NCBI GenBank assembly: GCA_965227295.1
Contig: OZ245742.1
Span: 32,001-96,000, forward strand
Length of the DNA stretch: 64,000 nt
Reading direction: 5' to 3'
DNA from: Leptonemataceae bacterium
GTDB lineage: Bacteria; Spirochaetota; Leptospiria; Leptospirales; Leptonemataceae
How positions within the stretch are numbered: the first letter of the stretch is position 1; every line of letters starts with the position of its first letter. The position numbers and the translations under genes are program-made. The notes under the pieces are model-generated. The model searched no databases and was not told the origin of the DNA. It was given only the letters and a program-made list of their open reading frames with translations. This document shows, piece by piece, positions 18,091 to 27,909 of this stretch.

Positions 18091-19407
18091 ATGAACCTCA
18101 TCCTCTACGCCATTCCGTTTTTCCTCATCTCGATCCTCATCGAAATCGTCGTCGATCGTGTGAAAAAAGGCGGACGCTATCGTATCAACGACGCCGTGAA
18201 CAGCCTCAGCCTGGGCTCCATCTCGAGGACCATCGGCCTGTTCACCGCCCTTCTCCCGGCCTACTTCATGGGCCTGGCCGCGGAGAGCTTCGCCGTCATC
18301 GATCTCCCCGACCGGTACTTCGATCCCTCCACCCTGGCAGGCTTCGCCGGATTGTTCGCGGTCATCGTGGCCTACGACTTCACCTATTACTGGAAACATC
18401 GCTTCGGCCATGAGTTCGCGTTCTTCTGGGGCTCACACTCGGCGCATCATCAGAGCGAGGAGTACAATCTCACGACGGCCCTGCGCCAGACGTCCATGGG
18501 CTGGATTCTGCTGTGGCTCTTCAACCTGCCCATCATCCTCATGGGCGTCCCCATGGAGGCCTTCATCATCGCCGCCGCCATCAACCTCATCTACCAATTC
18601 TGGCCGCACACGCAGTACATCGATCGCATGCCGGAGTGGTTCGAGTACGTCTTCGTCACGCCCTCCAACCATCGTGTCCACCACGCACAGAACGACAAAT
18701 ACCTCGACAAGAACTACGGCGGCATCTTCATCCTCTGGGATCGCATGTTCGGCACATTCGTCGACGAGGACAAAAGCGAACCGCCGGTATTCGGCATCCG
18801 CAAGCCGCTGAAAAGCTGGAACCCCTTCTACGCGAACCTCCAGGTCTACCATCAAATGTTCCTGGATTCCTGGCGCACGCGCTCCTGGGCCGACAAGCTC
18901 CGCGTATGGTACGGCGCCACCGGCTGGCGCCCCGCCGACGTCGCCGAACAGTATCCCATTCAGTACACCGACGGCATCAACGTCACGAAGTACGATCCGC
19001 ACATCACCGGCCGGGCGTCGTACTACGCGCTCTTTCAGTTTATCCTGGGCATGCTGGCCACTGTGCCACTCATGCTATTCGCGAAGCAGTTTTCTCTGGC
19101 GGAGATCGCTCTGCTCTGCGTGCCGCAGTGGCTTACGCTCTACTCCGTGGGCATGCTCACCGAGGGCCGGAGCTACGCCGTAACATTCGAATGGTTTCGG
19201 TTAGCGCTCTTCGCCGCCGCGGCCACGGCGCTCGCCGTAACTCTGCCGGAAGGCACCGCGCTGATTGCAACGACGATCTCGGCATCGTATCTGTTGTTAT
19301 CGGCGCTGTGGTTGTCCCTCGTGCCGGCGCAGTTGCTGCTGCCCCAGGCGGCGAACGCCGTATCGCCCGCGGGCGGTACAAGCCCAACAAAAACCGCGGC
19401 GGCATAG
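18091..19407 (+). CDS. Sterol desaturase / alkylglycerol monooxygenase-like (fatty acid hydroxylase family)
   Basis: His boxes HRFGH, HSAHH, HRVHH; NYGGIFILWDRMFGTF. Confidence 0.9.
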   Translation: MNLILYAIPFFLISILIEIVVDRVKKGGRYRINDAVNSLSLGSISRTIGLFTALLPAYFMGLAAESFAVIDLPDRYFDPSTLAGFAGLFAVIVAYDFTYYWKHRFGHEFAFFWGSHSAHHQSEEYNLTTALRQTSMGWILLWLFNLPIILMGVPMEAFIIAAAINLIYQFWPHTQYIDRMPEWFEYVFVTPSNHRVHHAQNDKYLDKNYGGIFILWDRMFGTFVDEDKSEPPVFGIRKPLKSWNPFYANLQVYHQMFLDSWRTRSWADKLRVWYGATGWRPADVAEQYPIQYTDGINVTKYDPHITGRASYYALFQFILGMLATVPLMLFAKQFSLAEIALLCVPQWLTLYSVGMLTEGRSYAVTFEWFRLALFAAAATALAVTLPEGTALIATTISASYLLLSALWLSLVPAQLLLPQAANAVSPAGGTSPTKTAAA

Positions 19408-19412
19408 TCTAC

Positions 19413-19536
19413 TCCCCGAACCGTGGTCTAAGTGAAGGACGGCCGACGTTAAGAAGAATTTGGGTACAACTGGTTCCAGCTAACGAGCGGAGGTCAGGCA
19501 GGTGAATGTGGGACAGCGGACCGGAACGGCGTCTTC
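19413..19536 (+). repeat. 331-bp repeat family, partial copy (locus 2)
   Basis: ACAACTGGTTCCAGCTAACGAGCGGAGGTCA...GCGGACCGGAACGGCGTCTTC. Confidence 0.8.
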
Positions 19537-19562
19537 ACTTTCAAATACATCAAGCGACCCCG

Positions 19563-19598
19563 CACCCGCTCCGCCCCGCGAATAGGGCGGAGCGGGTG
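19563..19598. terminator. GC-rich hairpin between convergent genes
   Basis: CACCCGCTCCGCCC-N8-GGGCGGAGCGGGTG, 14-bp perfect stem; no U-tract. Confidence 0.5.
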
Positions 19599-19610
19599 AG
19601 ATTGCCCGGC

Positions 19611-20081
19611 TTACGCGGCCAGGTGGCTGCGCAGCATCCACGCGGTCTTCTCATGGACCTGGAGGCGCTGGACCAGGAGGTCCACGCTGGACTCGTCGCC
19701 GGACGCCTCCGCTTTCGGGAGCGCGGTACGGATCGTGCGCACCACGGCCTCGTGCCCCTCCACGAGTTTCTCGATCATCTCGGTCGCCGGCGGCACGCCG
19801 TCGTCCTCTCGAATGGTCGAAAGCTTCGCGTACTCACTGTACGTGGCCGGGGCAAATTCTCCCAGCGCCCGAATCCGCTCGGCGACTTCATCCGTGGCCT
19901 GCCAGAGTTCCGTGTACTGCTCCTGAAACAGGGCGTGCAGCGTCGAAAAAAACGGGCCGGTCACATTCCAGTGATAGCCGTGCGTCTTCAGATAGAGCAC
20001 GTAGGTATCCGCCAGGACCTTGCCGAGTTCCCCGGCTACTTCCAGGCGAGCGTCTTCTTTGATTCCAATATTTACTTTCAT
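19611..20081 (-). CDS. dps: Dps DNA-protection ferritin-like protein
   Basis: LYLKTHGYHWNVTGPFFSTLH, DEVAERIRALG, HEKTAWML; start trimmed to MKVNIG. Confidence 0.95.
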   Translation of the reverse strand: MKVNIGIKEDARLEVAGELGKVLADTYVLYLKTHGYHWNVTGPFFSTLHALFQEQYTELWQATDEVAERIRALGEFAPATYSEYAKLSTIREDDGVPPATEMIEKLVEGHEAVVRTIRTALPKAEASGDESSVDLLVQRLQVHEKTAWMLRSHLAA

Positions 20082-20279
20082 GATTGTACCCCTTCCGGCC
20101 GGGGCCGGTTTGTTAGATCGCCAGAGGCATACGAGAATCCCTCTAAATCTAGACGCAGTATAAAAAATAAACTGCCGGGAGGCCAGTCTTTTTTCGCGGC
20201 GCGGCATTCCCACCGAGGGCATTTTTTCGCTGGCGACCCCGCCAGGGATGCAGTAACCTTTCGGTAGTCGAGGGGCGCG

Positions 20280-20744
20280 TTGAATACATATCGAGACTAC
20301 AGCAAACAGGATCTCGCCAACTATCTGCGCAGTCATGGCCTGAGTGTAACGGCCAGCCGCGTGGAACTCGCCTATCGTATCTTACAGAACTACCATCACC
20401 TGACGTCCGAAGAGATAGCCAATCTCATCGCCGACGAGGACCTGCACGTCTCGCGGGCCACGGTCTACAACGCGCTCAACCTGTTCGTGGAGATCGGCCT
20501 GTTGTCCCGCATACGCACGGGGCGCAACTCCTTCATGTACGACGTGAACGTCGGCGATCACCATCACGCCGTGGACACCGAATCCGGCGAAATGATCGAC
20601 TTCGCCTTCGATGCGCGCACCGAGAAGCGCATTCGCGATCTGGTCTGCAAGGAACTCGGCGACGAACTCGGCTTCGAGATCGACGAACTCAGCCTGGTGG
20701 CCTACGGCCGCCGGGCCGGCAACTCCGCAAACCCGCCTGGTTGA
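20280..20744 (+). CDS. Fur-family regulator (PerR/Irr-like), divergent from dps
   Basis: GLSVTASR, HHLTSEE, SRATVYNALN, HHH motif. Confidence 0.88.
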   Translation: MNTYRDYSKQDLANYLRSHGLSVTASRVELAYRILQNYHHLTSEEIANLIADEDLHVSRATVYNALNLFVEIGLLSRIRTGRNSFMYDVNVGDHHHAVDTESGEMIDFAFDARTEKRIRDLVCKELGDELGFEIDELSLVAYGRRAGNSANPPG

Positions 20745-21470
20745 TCGCACACGCCCCGAATCGTGGTGTAAGTTGCGGCCAGTGTGCATTAAGGCCTTTA
20801 TAGTTACGGCTGGTTCCAGCTAACGAGCGGAGGCCATGCCGGGGAACGGGGTAAGGCGGACCGGAACGGCGTCTTCATCGTAAAAATCCAGCCGACGCCC
20901 GGGTCGAACGCAGCATGCCTGGCAAAACGAATCACCACAACTCCCGCTTCGCCGTAGCCAAATCAAACCCTTAACCATTGCGCAACTTACCTTATGTGTC
21001 TCACGGTAAACGCCGCGAGCCACAGCTCTTGAACTACCGGAAACATTTTATGCATTCGAGCACGTCCCGAATCGTGGTGTAAATTGCGGCCAGTTAGGAT
21101 TCACACTCTTATGGTCACGGCTGGTTCCAGCAGATGAACGGAGGTTATGCCGGGGAATGTGGTAAGGCGCACCGGCAGAATTCTCGCTTCAGCGAGAGTT
21201 CTGAACCGCCGGCTTTCCGCATCGGCGGAAAGCATAAGTCCCCGGCGTCTTCGTCGGAAGATACGCAACGATAGCTGAGTCACAAACCGACGTCCGGGTC
21301 GAGGCGGACAATCTTTGCCAGACGAATTTCCACAACTCCCGCAAAGCCGTAGCCAAAAAGTCCCCTTCACCATTGCGCAACTTACTTCATATTTCTCACG
21401 GCAACCGTTACGAACCGCGGCTCTTGAACTAACGGAAACGTTTGATTCGTTCGAGTACGCCCGAATCACG
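20745..21470 (+). repeat. 331-bp repeat family, locus 3 (about two units, one with a 67-nt insertion)
   Basis: ACTTAC anchors at 20985 and 21380; same cores as locus 1. Confidence 0.9.
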
Positions 21471-21475
21471 GCTCC

Positions 21476-22138
21476 TCAAACGCCGACGTCGGTGTCGCCG
21501 GTTTTCAGAAGAATGCTGAACAACTCAATGCCCTCTTCCAGCGGCGCGGTGGAGTGGCCGGTGCGCAACACATCGCTCATCTCCAGAACAATGATGCCGT
21601 AGATCCAGGCCCACATGGTCCGGGCCACCGCGCGATAGCGGCTGCGATGAAAACGAATGTCCCCGCGCTGAATGCCGCGGCGGATCGTATCCAGAAAAAC
21701 ACGGTAAGCCGTGGGCAACGTCGGAAAGGCCTGGCGATGCAGCGAGACGCTGCCGTTGAACATGAGCTTGTGCAACTCGCGGTTGCTCGTCGAAAACGAC
21801 CAGTAGGTATGGGCAATGTCTTTCAGCTGTTGGAAGACCTCGTCCGATTGCGCCCGGGCCTTCTTGAGCATGTCCGTAAGCTCCCGCTCCCCTTCCAGAA
21901 TCAAAATTCGAATGATGGCATCGATGCCCTCGAAGTAAGCGTAGGGGCTCGCGATGCTGCATTCCAGACGATCGGAGATGCGGCGCATGCTCAGTTGATC
22001 GAGGCCCTCTTCCTGAAGGACCGAACGCGCCGCCTGGATGATCTCTTCGCGGCTCAGGCTGCCGCGCTTGCGCCGGGGACGCTTTTTGGCGGAGCCGTCT
22101 TTGGCCTCAGCGGATTTTGTAGAACGCGGCTTCGACAT
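21476..22138 (-). CDS. TetR/AcrR-family regulator
   Basis: LSREEIIQAA..GLDQLSMRRIS..YAYF HTH. Confidence 0.9.
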   Translation of the reverse strand: MSKPRSTKSAEAKDGSAKKRPRRKRGSLSREEIIQAARSVLQEEGLDQLSMRRISDRLECSIASPYAYFEGIDAIIRILILEGERELTDMLKKARAQSDEVFQQLKDIAHTYWSFSTSNRELHKLMFNGSVSLHRQAFPTLPTAYRVFLDTIRRGIQRGDIRFHRSRYRAVARTMWAWIYGIIVLEMSDVLRTGHSTAPLEEGIELFSILLKTGDTDVGV

Positions 22139-22203
22139 CGATGAACGTAGAGTTCATCGGATGATCGAAGCCGCGCAAGAAAGTTTCGGACAATCTTCGA
22201 AGT

Positions 22204-23064
22204 TCAGCCCGCGCTGAGCGCCGCGCCGATCCCCGGGGTGGCGACTGTAGCGGCCGCGTGGGCCGGAACCAGCCCGTCGTCGGCGCCCTGTTCGGCAGTC
22301 TCGTCCTCGACGCGATGGACCGACGGGCGCACAATCTTAATGATGCCCACCAACTCGAGGAGACGCATCACCTGATACGCCGGGTCGATTTCGAACCAGC
22401 GCACGGCGAAGTTCGGCGAGGTGCCCCGGCCGTGATGGTTGTTCTGGAAGAGTTCGCCCATGGTCAGGATGTCCACCGGCAGCGTGTTCTTGCTGTGATC
22501 TTTCGTCTTCTTGAAGTTCACGTAGCCGTACATGTGCCCGCCCCAGTTGACGATGGCGCCGTGGATGGGTCCCATGAGCCAGTGGGCCGGCAGAAGCAGG
22601 TAAGGCCAGTAGACACCCTCGGGGACGAAAGCCAGGTAGAACAGGACGTAGAGCGCTCCCGTGCCGATGCGGAAGACCCAGGACTGGCCCAGGCGATCGA
22701 GGAAGTTCCAGCGCGGCGTGGCCGCATCGAATTCCTTCGGCGGCTGAACGCGGCCGTAAGCGTAGTCATCGTATTTGTGCTTCGTCTTGAGCATCATGTC
22801 GAAGAAGTTCTCGCTGTGATGCGGGGAATGCGGGTCATTCTCGGTGTCGCTGTAGGCGTGATGCATTCGGTGGAGCACGGCATAACCGTAGGGATTCAGG
22901 AACGAAGGCCCCTGCGCCACAATGGTGAAAATGTAGAAGAAGCGCTCCCAGAACGGGTGGCGGAATTCGAACATCTGATGCGCCGCGTAGCGGTGCAGAA
23001 AGAACGTCTGCGCGAAGATGCTGGTGAACCAGTGCGCAAAGAAGAAAATCAAGATCGCGGTCAT
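22204..23064 (-). CDS. Acyl-CoA (delta-9-type) desaturase
   Basis: HRYAAH, HRMHH..DPHSP, GELFQNNHH. Confidence 0.92.
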   Translation of the reverse strand: MTAILIFFFAHWFTSIFAQTFFLHRYAAHQMFEFRHPFWERFFYIFTIVAQGPSFLNPYGYAVLHRMHHAYSDTENDPHSPHHSENFFDMMLKTKHKYDDYAYGRVQPPKEFDAATPRWNFLDRLGQSWVFRIGTGALYVLFYLAFVPEGVYWPYLLLPAHWLMGPIHGAIVNWGGHMYGYVNFKKTKDHSKNTLPVDILTMGELFQNNHHGRGTSPNFAVRWFEIDPAYQVMRLLELVGIIKIVRPSVHRVEDETAEQGADDGLVPAHAAATVATPGIGAALSAG

Positions 23065-23086
23065 ATTGAACCTCCTGGGCCTTATC

Positions 23087-23135
23087 TATCTAAGCCCGTT
23101 AGATATAAAGCCATATTATCTAATTCAATTAGATA
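23087..23135. promoter_or_regulatory. Two palindromic operators TATCTAA-N5-TTAGATA upstream of the desaturase-tetR pair
   Basis: 23087-23105 and 23117-23135, identical arms, 30-bp spacing. Confidence 0.7.
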
Positions 23136-23245
23136 CCGCAAGCAGGATTTTGTTGCAACGCACCAAAAAATTTTTGGGTGTTTGCAGGAGGTGTCTTTGT
23201 CTTCGCGGCGGGCCGGAGCGCCCGCATGGACCTTAGCCTGGCATC

Positions 23246-24382
23246 CTAAAACTCTTCCGTCCCCGTCGGCTCGCGGTGCCGCTCGCCATTCTGCTCCAGC
23301 CGATACGCCGACACCCGTTCGTACGCCAGCTTCCGCACCCGATTGATGCCGCCGAGCGGCCGGTGTTCTTCCAGGGAGTTCCAGGGATTGAACGTGAGAT
23401 TCTCGCAGAACGCGTGCTGCGCCGGGGTGTCGAAGGCCTGGTCCGGAATCTCGATGCGCGCCACGACCGTGAACGGCGCCGCCGTCTCGTCCCAGCGGAC
23501 GGCCGGGTCTTCGATGGGCTGTGCGACAGGATCCATCTGGGGCTGGACCAGAAACTCAAAGCAGGCCCCGCCGCTCTGTAACTGCCGCACCATGGCCTGG
23601 CGCAGATAGTCGTCGGCGGGATTTTCCGGCACGGCGTCCGGGACGTGGGCCGGCAGGTGACCCTCGTCGTCCGTACACGGCCGCGCGGAGTACTTCACGG
23701 CAGCTTCACCGAGACGATACGGTGTGGTGCTCCAGTAGCGAATGGCCAGCATGTTCGGGATCTTTTTACCACGAATGGCGGCGACTTTCCGGAAGGCGCT
23801 CAATTTCCAGTTCCAGGGCGCGCCGCCGAAGAAGTACGAAAACGGCCGGCCGCCCAGAGCCGCTTTGAACAGGGCCAGGTACTCGCCCGGATCCCCAACG
23901 GGCATGACCGGATGATTGATGAGCAGGAAGTCCTGGGTGGACTGTTCCACAGGGCCGAGCTTGGGCCCGGGCACGCCCGTGAGCTTCACCGCCATGCCGC
24001 GAATGTCGCCTTCGATGTCGGGCTTACGCTTCACGGCCCCGTTGGAGTACCGCAGCCAGGCCGCGTAGCTCTTCGGCCCGGCAAAAACACCGTGACGGAA
24101 CTCGCCGGGAAGGTCGGGCAGCACGGTAAACGTCCCGCGCACGCAGCCGTGAGCGTAGGGATGCGCGTCGCGCTGCACGGTTTTCCCGGCATCGCGCTCG
24201 GCGATGTGGTCCACCATCAACTGCGCGGTCTCTTCGGTAATGCGTGCCTCGTCCGGGGCGGGATACTCCTGACCCAGGGCTGCGTCGTCCGGGATCTCGA
24301 CGTAGGGACCGTGCCCCACATACAGCACAAAGCCGATCAACACCAGCACAGCAATCAGTACATAAGCGATTATTTTCAGCAC
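23246..24382 (-). CDS. Catalase-like heme protein with N-terminal membrane anchor
   Basis: RDAHPYAHG, RYSNG, DIRGMAVK, QDFLL, FNPW..HRPLGGINRVRK..Y; GTG start at 24382. Confidence 0.85.
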   Translation of the reverse strand: MLKIIAYVLIAVLVLIGFVLYVGHGPYVEIPDDAALGQEYPAPDEARITEETAQLMVDHIAERDAGKTVQRDAHPYAHGCVRGTFTVLPDLPGEFRHGVFAGPKSYAAWLRYSNGAVKRKPDIEGDIRGMAVKLTGVPGPKLGPVEQSTQDFLLINHPVMPVGDPGEYLALFKAALGGRPFSYFFGGAPWNWKLSAFRKVAAIRGKKIPNMLAIRYWSTTPYRLGEAAVKYSARPCTDDEGHLPAHVPDAVPENPADDYLRQAMVRQLQSGGACFEFLVQPQMDPVAQPIEDPAVRWDETAAPFTVVARIEIPDQAFDTPAQHAFCENLTFNPWNSLEEHRPLGGINRVRKLAYERVSAYRLEQNGERHREPTGTEEF

Positions 24383-24455
24383 GTCAGATCCCCCCGGCGA
24401 CTTTCGAGGGAGAAAGCGGAAAGATGATTCGTCTACTATAAAACCAGGTCCTCCG

Positions 24456-24737
24456 ATGCTCCCGAAACTCGAAATCCGCCCGGCCCGCCTCTGCTTTCGC
24501 GCCCGGGATGAACACAGCACCACCGTGGTGGAATTCGGCGGACGCTTGATCGGCACCGACTATGAGTTAGACGCCTGCGTGAGCGAGGATTCGGCCGTGC
24601 GCCACGACCAGGTTCGCCTGCGCATCACGAATCTACACCGTCTGGACGACCATCACGTCCGCGTGGAGGTCCGTCGGGAGGGAGCGAACACCGGCGGCGA
24701 CTTCGCTGAACTCAACGTCATCGCCCCGGTGGCGTAA
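24456..24737 (+). CDS. Small hypothetical protein
   Basis: 93-aa ORF filling the intergenic gap. Confidence 0.45.
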   Translation: MLPKLEIRPARLCFRARDEHSTTVVEFGGRLIGTDYELDACVSEDSAVRHDQVRLRITNLHRLDDHHVRVEVRREGANTGGDFAELNVIAPVA

Positions 24738-24741
24738 GGCT

Positions 24742-25542
24742 TCAGGAATTGAGTCGGATCACCGCGCCCGCGTCCAACAACCGAAACGTAAACGATTCGG
24801 TGATGAACAAACGCACGGCCTCGGACGTATGCGATTCGTAGCCGATGCTGAAGTCCTGGCCCAGGCAAATCTGCAGATCCCCGCCGCGCGTGGAAATGAG
24901 ATAGGCCTCGTTTTGAATGGTCGGTGAGTAGATGACCGGACCGTCGATGAGCCGCTCCACGTGTTTGCGCAGCGGATAGCCGTTCGCGTGGGCCGCCAGG
25001 GTTCGCCAGGGTTTGGCACCGGCAATCAGAACATACGGGCCGGTTACGAGTTCGTCCTGAAAGCGCATGATGGCCGTGGAGATGGCTTCGAGCATTTCTT
25101 GATCGCTGGCGCCGAAGTTCACCGCGTCGTGGGCCCCCGCTTCGGCAATGCCCAGGACGCCGGCGTCTTTGTAGCCCTGAAAGATGATCCGGTCCTCGTA
25201 GTCCGCGGCCTTGCGTGCCGCCTCGGTGACCGGATCCAGGTTTACGTCGTCCGCGCCCCGCTCGATGTTGTCGAGTTCCCAGGTGTTCAACTCGAACGAT
25301 ACTCGAAACTCAATCAACGGCAGTACACGATAGATGCCGTGGCGCACCCCGTCTTCCCACTGCGTTCCGGGTACATCCAGACGGCCGGAACTTACGGCGG
25401 TGTACTGCCAGCCGTGCGGACCGTCGATGTCGGCAAAACGCCGGGCGGTCAGCCGGCTGCTCAGGGCCTGAGTGGCCTCATCATCAATGGCCCGCCACGC
25501 CGCGTCGGGGATGGGTGCTGCTTCGCGTTTTAATATGTCCAT
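24742..25542 (-). CDS. Family 1 encapsulin shell protein (linocin M18-like)
   Basis: MDILKREAAPI..W..ID.EA, ARRFADIDGP.G, GQDFSIGY, ESFTF. Confidence 0.95.
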   Translation of the reverse strand: MDILKREAAPIPDAAWRAIDDEATQALSSRLTARRFADIDGPHGWQYTAVSSGRLDVPGTQWEDGVRHGIYRVLPLIEFRVSFELNTWELDNIERGADDVNLDPVTEAARKAADYEDRIIFQGYKDAGVLGIAEAGAHDAVNFGASDQEMLEAISTAIMRFQDELVTGPYVLIAGAKPWRTLAAHANGYPLRKHVERLIDGPVIYSPTIQNEAYLISTRGGDLQICLGQDFSIGYESHTSEAVRLFITESFTFRLLDAGAVIRLNS

Positions 25543-25560
25543 AGTAATCTTGCTCCTTGA

Positions 25561-25929
25561 CTATTCGCTCGCCGGGCGTCCTTTGAGGCTGCCGATATCC
25601 AGCCCGCCGCCCTTCTCGGACGAACCATGACCGCCGGTGGCGCCTTCTTCCACTTCCGTGATGGGACCTTCGGTAAACAGATACGTGCGCAGTTCTTCGT
25701 CCCACTTCGGCATATTGCGGCGCAGCCATTCCAGAGACATACAGGCGTGTTCGATCTCTTCGTCGCGGTTGTGCGCGAGGATTTTTTTCAAATCGGGATC
25801 CGTGGTGAGATGCACGCGCTGGTGGTACCAGTCCACGGCTTCAATTTCTTCAATGAGACTCTTCATCGCACGATGAAAGTCCCGTACTTCGGCGCTGAGT
25901 TCTTCGGCCGGTTCGTGATAATCGGACAT
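25561..25929 (-). CDS. Encapsulin-associated ferritin-like protein with C-terminal targeting peptide
   Basis: EEIEAVDWY.QR, HNRDEEIEHA, EWLRR; cargo peptide GGLDIGSLKG. Confidence 0.93.
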   Translation of the reverse strand: MSDYHEPAEELSAEVRDFHRAMKSLIEEIEAVDWYHQRVHLTTDPDLKKILAHNRDEEIEHACMSLEWLRRNMPKWDEELRTYLFTEGPITEVEEGATGGHGSSEKGGGLDIGSLKGRPASE

Positions 25930-26055
25930 GCTTCCTCCGGTGTTTCGCTTCGTCTATCTTTCAAAAAATAGACATTGTATGGAATTGCCAAACGCTTTTG
26001 CAGTTTTTTCTGCGCAAGCTGAGGTCCGGGGATCGGTGAAAAAGAATTTGACCAG

Positions 26056-26799
26056 GTGCGGGATTCGAACACAATTCGGGATGTGAGCGCAACGGACGCA
26101 GTTCGGGAGGATGGCGGTGAGCGACGGCGGCGTCTTCGGCGGCCGGCGAGTCTTACCGTCTTCGGCGCCCTATTTCTCGGCCTGCCGCTGTTGAACTACG
26201 TGTCCATCGCCTATCGCCTGAGCATACCACTCACTCATGTTACGCTCATCTTCGCGAATCTGAACGCCCTGGAGATTATTCTGCTCCTCGGCGCCCTGCC
26301 GGTAGGAGCCGGTCTGCTCCTGGTGAAGAAATGGGGCTGGTGGTCCTTCCTGGCCTACTCGCTCATCCTCATCGCCTACAACGGCTTTGTGTTTCTTACG
26401 AAACCCTTCGGCGAAAACCTGGGCGCGCTGTTGCTTACCATCGTCGGTTGCGTCGCCATGGGCTGGTTCATGCGCCGGGATATTTCTGCCCCGTATTTGA
26501 AACTGTATCCTCGCGGCTGGCGCATGCAAAGACGCCGGCCCCTGGTTTTTGAGATCGAAGTGGACGGCATCGTCCGACGCACAAAGGACGCCGGGCAGCG
26601 CGGGGTTTACGTGGACTGGCCGCACTGTCGCCAGAACCCCGGCGACGCGGTAGACGTGGCTTTTCGCTTAAACAACAATCAATACAGGTTAACGGGAGGC
26701 GTGGTTCGCGTGGACGAAGACGGCGCCGGCATCGCCTTTCGGGACCTGGACGCATCTACCGCTCGCCGCCTGTCCCGGGATCTGCAAAACCAGGGATGA
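26056..26799 (+). CDS. Membrane protein with C-terminal PilZ domain
   Basis: 4 TM segments, RMQRRRP, GVVRVDEDGAGIAF; start uncertain. Confidence 0.75.
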   Translation: MRDSNTIRDVSATDAVREDGGERRRRLRRPASLTVFGALFLGLPLLNYVSIAYRLSIPLTHVTLIFANLNALEIILLLGALPVGAGLLLVKKWGWWSFLAYSLILIAYNGFVFLTKPFGENLGALLLTIVGCVAMGWFMRRDISAPYLKLYPRGWRMQRRRPLVFEIEVDGIVRRTKDAGQRGVYVDWPHCRQNPGDAVDVAFRLNNNQYRLTGGVVRVDEDGAGIAFRDLDASTARRLSRDLQNQG

Positions 26800-26833
26800 C
26801 ACTTCCGCATCGCGTCGATACACTGATCGCACT

Positions 26834-27043
26834 ATGAGCGACGACCGTGCCATCAGTTCTCCCTGTACCGGGGTGTGCAACATCCATGCACAAACACAGC
26901 TCTGTGAAGGTTGTCTGCGTACGTTGGATGAGATCGCGGGATGGTCCTCGTTCGATTCCAAAACACAGCTGCAGGTGTTGCGCACTCTCAAGGGCCGCCG
27001 CCTGGCAGGTGAAAGTGCAGCAACATACCGCGAAAAGGATTGA
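26834..27043 (+). CDS. DUF1289 small Cys-rich protein
   Basis: SPCTGVC..LCEGCLRTLDEIAGW. Confidence 0.88.
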   Translation: MSDDRAISSPCTGVCNIHAQTQLCEGCLRTLDEIAGWSSFDSKTQLQVLRTLKGRRLAGESAATYREKD

Positions 27044-27074
27044 CAAAATTCGCCCCCTTCCGGTAGTAACTCTG

Positions 27075-27170
27075 TTACGTCTCCAGGGAGGAAGCGGGTG
27101 AGATTCCCGCGCTGACGCGCAACTGTGAAGAGAGCGTACTTACGTTCTTGAAGCCAGATCTTCCCCGGCG
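27075..27170 (+). promoter_or_regulatory. Cobalamin (B12) riboswitch
   Basis: GGAAGCGGGTGAGATTCCCGCGCTGACGCGCAACTGTGA...AAGCCAGA core upstream of the cobT/S/C operon; TTGACA at 27040. Confidence 0.85.
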
Positions 27171-27371
27171 TATCGATCTCGCGTTACGATCGTTCGCAAC
27201 TCGCCGCACATTCGCAGCGAAGGGGCCCCGGAGATTACAGGACCGTCGTACGGGGCTGCCTGAGCGCTTTTCTTGTCATCCACTGCCGCAAACAGTGCAT
27301 ACGTCGATGACGAACTACGTGCCATCGCATCTTCCCGCGACGCGAATGACGACAACTAAACGGAGATGCAA

Positions 27372-27908
27372 ATGCACAAAACCAACGCAAGCGAATATCG
27401 AAAGATGCTCGCCACACTCTTCATTGCGACCACGCTCGCTTTTTCCCAGACCGCCTGCGCCCTGAACGAAGACACCGGCGACGCCGACGACGAGCGAATC
27501 GCGTTACTGGGATTGGCCGCTTATGCGGCCAACGTCCTCACCTTCGAACTCAACGGAACCTGGACCACGAACTTCGGTGCCGTGAATTCTTACACCAACA
27601 CCGCCTCGCAGTCGGTCAGCTCGTTCGGTACGACCACGGAAACCATCGTCGCCTTCGACAACGCTTCCAACGTCTACTACTCGCTGACGTCCCCGTCGGC
27701 GTCGTTCAACCCTAACACGTATTCAAAGAATGTTTACGTCGGGCCGTTTACCTCCGGTTCGGTGACGGAGTCGGCATTCTGCACTGTGGCCTTCGGGTTC
27801 AGCAGCCTGGCCGAAGCCCAGGCGGACACCACCACGGCCAATACCGCCACGCCGGGAGAGTCCGGCTCCTGCGGTTCGTTCACGTTTACGTTCATGGTGA
27901 AGCAGTAA
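27372..27908 (+). CDS. Ser/Thr-rich lipoprotein (LIC13354-like)
   Basis: Signal peptide + Cys; first gene after the riboswitch; family name from memory. Confidence 0.65.
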   Translation: MHKTNASEYRKMLATLFIATTLAFSQTACALNEDTGDADDERIALLGLAAYAANVLTFELNGTWTTNFGAVNSYTNTASQSVSSFGTTTETIVAFDNASNVYYSLTSPSASFNPNTYSKNVYVGPFTSGSVTESAFCTVAFGFSSLAEAQADTTTANTATPGESGSCGSFTFTFMVKQ

Positions 27909-27909
27909 G

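Noticed and set aside
20140-20170. Per/Fur box between dps and the regulator
   Set aside because: AT-rich but only about 9/14 match to the Per consensus; not supportable
26050-26110. tRNA (GTTCGAATCCC on the minus strand)
   Set aside because: No acceptor, D or anticodon arms can be formed
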